DNA from: a bacterium
Lineage (GTDB): Bacteria > Bacteroidota > Bacteroidia > Bacteroidales > Bacteroidaceae
Length of the DNA stretch: 43,235 bases
Assembly (NCBI GenBank): GCA_963644485.1
Contig: CAVIOP010000001.1
Span: 1 to 43,235 of the forward strand
Reading direction: 5' to 3'
The notes beneath the pieces are model-generated. The model saw only the letters and a program-made list of their open reading frames with translations. It did not search any database and was not told where the DNA came from. Positions 38,862-43,235 of the stretch are shown here, one piece after another (the stretch's first letter is position 1; the number at the start of each line of letters is the position of its first letter). Both the position numbers and the translations under genes were made by a program.

Positions 38862-40025
38862 ATGAAAAGACAATTGTTTGCTTTGTTTGCCGTGTTGGTG
38901 TTGCTCCTTCCGGCATCGGCGCAGAAGAAGTTCTCGGTCTATGCCGTTGGCTTCTACAATCAGGAGAACTTGTTTGACACGTGCCATGATGTGGGCAAGA
39001 ACGATTATCAATATCTTCCCAATGGCTCCAGTCATTGGAACGGCTTGAAATACAGTCATAAGCTCCACAACATGTCGTCTGCCCTCAGCGACATGGCCAC
39101 CACCACGCTTCCCGATGTGGGTTGTGCGGCTATCGGCCTGAGCGAGGTGGAGAACGCCAAGGTGCTCGCAGACCTCTGTGCCCAGCCGGCCCTGAAGGCC
39201 CGTGGCTACCAGTTCTGCCATATCGAGGGTCCCGACCACCGCGGCATCGATTGTGCGCTGCTCTACCAGCCGTCCCTTTTCACGGTGAAGGATATGAAAC
39301 TCTATCCCTACATTCCCACCGAGAAGCAGGACTCTAACTTCCGCACCCGCGGCTTTCTGGCCGTGAGCGGCGTGATGGCTAGCGAGCATGTCGTGATCAT
39401 TGTCAACCATCTGCCCAGCCGTTTCAGCGGGTCTTACTACCGTGAGGTGGGCGCGGCGCAGATCAAGGCGTTGAAGGAGCGTATCCAGGCCAAGACACCC
39501 GACTGCAAGATTATCGTCATGGGTGACATGAACGATGACCCGACCAACAAGAGCATGTACGACATCCTGTCGGCCAAGGAGGACATCGACAAGGTGGGAA
39601 AGGATGATATGTATAACCCGTGGTACAACATCCTCGCCAAGCAGGGTACGGGGACGCTGATGTACCAGGGTTCCTGGAATCTCTTCGACCAGATTATCCT
39701 TTCGCCCAATATGCTCAACAAGAAAGGCAAGACATCCGCCCCGTCGCTCAAATACTGGAAGTGCGAGATCCAGCGCATGCCCTATCTCTTTCAGACAGAA
39801 GGCAAATACAAGGGCAATACCAAGCGCACCACTGCCGGCGGCGTGTGGCTCGATGGCTACTCTGACCATCTGCCGACCGTGGTCTACCTCATGAAGGAGC
39901 AAGGCGTGAAGACCAAGGATGCCGGCGACTGCCTGTTGCCCGACTTCACGGAGGCCGAGAAGAGAAACATCGCGGAGTGTGAGCTGGAGCAGCAAGAGCG
40001 CGTAGCGAAGGATGAAAGCAAGTGA
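38862..40025 (+). CDS. Secreted endonuclease/exonuclease/phosphatase (EEP, DNase I-like) family protein
   Basis: Signal peptide ending ASA; FYNQENLFD, GLSEVEN, RGIDCALLY, NHLPSR, MGDMND, FDQI and YSDHLP motifs. Confidence 0.9.
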   Translation: MKRQLFALFAVLVLLLPASAQKKFSVYAVGFYNQENLFDTCHDVGKNDYQYLPNGSSHWNGLKYSHKLHNMSSALSDMATTTLPDVGCAAIGLSEVENAKVLADLCAQPALKARGYQFCHIEGPDHRGIDCALLYQPSLFTVKDMKLYPYIPTEKQDSNFRTRGFLAVSGVMASEHVVIIVNHLPSRFSGSYYREVGAAQIKALKERIQAKTPDCKIIVMGDMNDDPTNKSMYDILSAKEDIDKVGKDDMYNPWYNILAKQGTGTLMYQGSWNLFDQIILSPNMLNKKGKTSAPSLKYWKCEIQRMPYLFQTEGKYKGNTKRTTAGGVWLDGYSDHLPTVVYLMKEQGVKTKDAGDCLLPDFTEAEKRNIAECELEQQERVAKDESK

Positions 40026-40127
40026 TTCGGACTGGACTCAGAGCGCGACGAGGCCATCTGTCCGTGTAGAAGCTGACGGGCCCTGCAGCCTTGTGAAGGA
40101 CGCATATGCTCCGCAAAAAGACATGGC

Positions 40128-40778
40128 ATGAAGAATAAGGCTTTCGAAAACGCATTCCCCTCAAGGGATGAGGCTCCGGTGGAGGTCCATCCCTTTGAGC
40201 CTTTCCTTCCTCCCCATGCCCGCTTGCTCATGCTGGGGACGTTTCCGCCAGCTCCCAAACGATGGTGCATGGACTGGTATTACCCCAACTATACCAACGA
40301 CATGTGGCGCATCCTGGGGCTCTGTTTCTTTGGCGACAAACTTCGTTTTGTCGACGAGGCGCACAAGACCTACCGTCTGGATGAGCTCAAGCGCTTTCTG
40401 GAAGAGGTGGGCATTGCCATCTACGACACTTGCCTCCGTGTGCGCCGCACCACGGGGACAGCCTCCGACAAGGATCTCGAGGTGGTGGAGCGTGCCGACC
40501 TCGATGGCCTGTTGCGTACCTTGCCGCAGTGCAGGGGCGTGGTGGCAGCCGGCCAGCTGGCCACCAGTCTGTTCACCGCCCATTATGGTATAGATGCCCG
40601 CACGATGCGGATGGGCGATCATTGCGATTTCACCTTTGACAGACGGACCGTCAGCCTCTACCGTCAGCCCAGTTCGAGCCGTGCCTTCCCCATGCGGCTG
40701 GAGCAGAAAGCCACTTACTACAAGAGCATGTTCGAAGACCTGGGACTCATGGCATCATGGCGTCCGGACATCCTATAA
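40128..40778 (+). CDS. Uracil-DNA glycosylase superfamily protein (MUG/UDG-like)
   Basis: HPFEPFLP...LMLGTFPP, YYPN..NDMWRI, ASDKDL and PSSSRA motifs. Confidence 0.85.
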   Translation: MKNKAFENAFPSRDEAPVEVHPFEPFLPPHARLLMLGTFPPAPKRWCMDWYYPNYTNDMWRILGLCFFGDKLRFVDEAHKTYRLDELKRFLEEVGIAIYDTCLRVRRTTGTASDKDLEVVERADLDGLLRTLPQCRGVVAAGQLATSLFTAHYGIDARTMRMGDHCDFTFDRRTVSLYRQPSSSRAFPMRLEQKATYYKSMFEDLGLMASWRPDIL

Positions 40779-40797
40779 TCAAGAAAAAAAGAAAGAA

Positions 40798-41424
40798 ATG
40801 GAAAATAAAGTGACCATTATCGGCATAGCCGGTGGCACGGGGTCGGGAAAGACCACGGTTGTGAAGAAAATTGTGGAGGCCCTGCCGCCTCATTATGTGG
40901 CCGTCGTTCCGCTCGACAGTTACTACAATGACACCACGGGCCTGACGCCCGACGAGCGCAAGGCCATCAACTTCGATCACCCTGATGCGTTCGACTGGAA
41001 GCTGCTCACCAAGCAACTCAACGAATTGCGGCAAGGCCATGCCATCGAACAGCCCACTTACTCCTACATCCTAAGCAACCGTCTGCCTGAGACGATCCAT
41101 GTGGAACCGAAGCCCGTCATCATCATCGAGGGCATCATGACGCTCATCAACAAGCGCCTGCGCGACATCATGGACCTGAAGATTTTTGTGGACTGCGACT
41201 CTGACGAGCGTCTGATTCGCAATATTCAGCGCGATACCATTGACCGCGGCCGCACGGTGTCGATGGTCGTCAACCGCTATCTGGAGGTGCTCAAGCCCAT
41301 GCACGAGCAGTTTATCGAGCCCACGAAGCGCTATGCCGACGTGATTATCCCACAGGGAGGGGAGAACGTCAAGGGCATCGGCATGCTCACCAACTATATC
41401 AAGACGCTCATCCCCACGGAGTAG
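40798..41424 (+). CDS. udk: Uridine kinase
   Basis: IGIAGGTGSGKTT, DSYY, NFDHPDAFD, IIIEGI, RD...RGR and FIEPTKRYADVIIP motifs. ATG at 40798. Confidence 0.95.
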   Translation: MENKVTIIGIAGGTGSGKTTVVKKIVEALPPHYVAVVPLDSYYNDTTGLTPDERKAINFDHPDAFDWKLLTKQLNELRQGHAIEQPTYSYILSNRLPETIHVEPKPVIIIEGIMTLINKRLRDIMDLKIFVDCDSDERLIRNIQRDTIDRGRTVSMVVNRYLEVLKPMHEQFIEPTKRYADVIIPQGGENVKGIGMLTNYIKTLIPTE

Positions 41425-41428
41425 ACGG

Positions 41429-42079
41429 CTATTGTTCCGTCTGCCCGTCGGTTATCTCTTCCGCCACAGCGGTTGAGTCGTCCTTTGCGGTTTGCTGTGA
41501 TTTCTCGAATGCCTTGCGGCACTGGTGGATCTTGACGGCGTCGACCAGGTCTATCATGCCATAGGCCATCATGCCCCAGCCGATGATGAAGAGCGGAGCG
41601 GATGCGATGACGCTGGGCTTCACCAAGGCCACGATGCCCACGAGAAAGATGATGACGGGAAACACCCACCACACATAACCGATGCGCGAGAACTTGGTGG
41701 CGACTGCAAGGTTGAAGAACAAGTTGAGGGCGCCGAGGATCAGGATGGCTGACAGGATGAACATCAGCCCGTCGACAAACGAGTTGGGAAGCAGGGCGAG
41801 CAAGGCGCCCAGGATGATGGATCCGACCCCCACGATGGGGAAGGCGGGCTTGGGACGAGTCAGCCGGTTGCCGTTGGCGTCGAAGATGTCGATGCCGTCT
41901 GCGATGGCTTGTCGCCTGGCGGAGAAGTAGGCCACCACGCTGATGACACCCGAGACAAAGAACATGACACCGATGGCAATGGTAATCCATGTCACCGTCT
42001 GTTCGCGATACTTGACGAGAAGAGCTCCTACGACAATGGCGCAGACAGCCCTGAAGATGCTGCTTTGAAATACTTTCAT
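41429..42079 (-). CDS. HdeD/DUF308 family membrane protein
   Basis: Six TM segments with repeated G..L/F patterns; ATG at 42079. Confidence 0.75.
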   Translation of the reverse strand: MKVFQSSIFRAVCAIVVGALLVKYREQTVTWITIAIGVMFFVSGVISVVAYFSARRQAIADGIDIFDANGNRLTRPKPAFPIVGVGSIILGALLALLPNSFVDGLMFILSAILILGALNLFFNLAVATKFSRIGYVWWVFPVIIFLVGIVALVKPSVIASAPLFIIGWGMMAYGMIDLVDAVKIHQCRKAFEKSQQTAKDDSTAVAEEITDGQTEQ

Positions 42080-42083
42080 GCCG

Positions 42084-42091
42084 CAAAGATA
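42084..42091 (-). promoter_or_regulatory. -7 promoter element (TATCTTTG) immediately before the DUF308 start codon
   Basis: Minus strand reads TATCTTTG-CGGC-ATG. Confidence 0.6.
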
Positions 42092-42174
42092 ATAAAAAGT
42101 TGGAAGCGACACTTGTTTGCCGATGTGTTTTTGCGGCACAGGTGTGCGAAAAAATCTTAATGCTAAATTATCCT

Positions 42175-42681
42175 ATGACCACGTTGTACTTAGTGCGTCA
42201 CGGCGAGACCGTGGACAACAAGGCCCAGATCATGCAAGGACAGACGCAAGGCCAACTCAACGAGACGGGTCGCCAACAGGCGCGTGCTGTGCGCGACAAG
42301 ATGGCCCGTGTGTCCATCGATGCCTTCGTGGCGAGCGACCTGCACCGTGCCGTGGAGACCTGCGAGATCATCGCCGCGCCACACGGCAAGCCTGTGGTAA
42401 CCACTCCGCTGCTCCGCGAGCGCGACTGGGGCGGTTTTACGGGATGCTTCATCCCCGACCTGAAGGGACGGACGTGGCCCGACGATGTGGAGACTCTCGA
42501 TGCCTTGAAGCACCGTGCAGGCGAGTTCATCGCCTGGCTGAGGGCTGCCTATCCTGACCAGGTTGTGCTCGCCGTGGGCCACGGCATCATCAACAAGGCC
42601 ATACAGAGCGTCTTTTTCGACAAGCCCATGAATGAGGTGGTGAAGATGACCAATGCCGAGGTGCGCCTCTTGCGCCTCTGA
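42175..42681 (+). CDS. Histidine phosphatase (phosphoglycerate mutase-like) family protein
   Basis: LVRHGET, ASDLHRAVET, LRERDWG and VGHG motifs. Confidence 0.9.
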   Translation: MTTLYLVRHGETVDNKAQIMQGQTQGQLNETGRQQARAVRDKMARVSIDAFVASDLHRAVETCEIIAAPHGKPVVTTPLLRERDWGGFTGCFIPDLKGRTWPDDVETLDALKHRAGEFIAWLRAAYPDQVVLAVGHGIINKAIQSVFFDKPMNEVVKMTNAEVRLLRL

Positions 42682-42693
42682 TGCCAAACGCTG

Positions 42694-42736
42694 GAAGGGC
42701 TGTCTGCACGCTTTGCAGACAGCCCTTCGCCTTTGT
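42694..42736 (+). terminator. Rho-independent terminator
   Basis: Perfect 15-bp stem GAAGGGCTGTCTGCA / TGCAGACAGCCCTTC with a 5-nt loop, then GCCTTTGT. Confidence 0.8.
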
Positions 42737-42864
42737 GTATGCTCGGCATGAGCATTGTCTAACGGGTGGAAGTCCCGAGTAAGCCCTAATAGCGGGAATT
42801 ACATAGCCAAGAGCAAGGGTGTCCATCGCGAGATGGAATCTGAAAGAAGCTGGCGGCAAACCTC
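42737..42864 (+). mobile_element. Truncated class C (IIC) group II intron, 5' part of domain I only
   Basis: Begins GTATGCTCGGCATG (GUGYG-like 5' end), then GGGTGGAAGTCCCGA, GTAA-CCC/GGG-TTAC stem and GCAAGGGTGTCCATC-GCGA-GATGGAATCTGAAAGAAGCTGGCGGCAAACC. This follows IIC domain I as recalled from the Oceanobacillus iheyensis intron. It sits directly after a terminator. No RT ORF or domain V/VI follows, and the 3' limit is uncertain. Confidence 0.8.
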
Positions 42865-43100
42865 ATCATGTGCGGTACAAACGAATACCAAGCCTATGTA
42901 ACACGGGATAACTACGAAAGTTTCTTGTTGTAGTAACCAATTTTGTTTACAACTTGCCTCGCCAGAAGGCCGCCGCGGCAAGCGCCATGCCCTCTTGGCT
43001 CAAATACGCGCTGCATTTGCTTTTTTGCAACATGCTGACTATCAGTGATGTAACAGATTTTAAGCAAATTTTCTTGTCATTTCACCCCCATCTTGTTGCT

Positions 43101-43221
43101 ATAGGTGCCTTATGACCTTGCGATAGATGCCTTATAAGGGTGCGATAGGTGCCTTATAAGGGTGCGATAAGGCACTTATCGCACCCTTATAAGGCATCTA
43201 TCGCAAGGTCATAAGGGACGT
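43101..43221. repeat. Palindromic repeat with 11/22-nt periodicity (REP-like)
   Basis: Eleven consecutive 11-mers each starting with AT. Arms 43108-43157 and 43167-43216 are 50-nt inverted repeats with one mismatch. Confidence 0.85.
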
Positions 43222-43235
43222 TTTGTCAACAAAAA

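Noticed and set aside
43101..43221. Possible CRISPR array
   Set aside because: Units are contiguous with no unique spacers, the array inverts on itself and no cas genes are present.

Overview
A 43 kb chromosomal segment from a Bacteroidales bacterium, most likely Prevotella-like. The evidence for this is TAnnTTTG -7 promoters, T9SS-type C-terminal tails, lipoproteins with acidic export signals and GC-rich codon usage. Housekeeping genes include dnaX, an FtsB-like protein, pyrC, a stand-alone MetH reactivation domain, a plsC-like acyltransferase, a GT2, mfd, an SSS transporter, trxB, a Cys glutathione peroxidase, type B L31 and udk. Accessory content has six parts: (i) a T9SS-tailed GH127/GH146-type glycosidase; (ii) a ~30% GC DUF4160/DUF2442 toxin-antitoxin-like islet; (iii) two paralogous lipoproteins, a membrane-anchored AraC regulator and a 3177-aa secreted LamG/FN3 protein whose central region has two Ser/Thr-rich amphipathic hairpin-like segments; (iv) a SusD-less putative extracellular DNA/nucleic-acid utilization locus (TonB-type transporter, DUF5689-like and OB-fold lipoproteins, two secreted nucleases), split by the L31 gene and running into a UDG-family gene and udk; (v) the 5' remnant of a class C group II intron directly behind a terminator hairpin; (vi) an 11/22-nt periodic palindromic repeat at the window end. 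All family calls come from motif recognition by eye; no searches were run.
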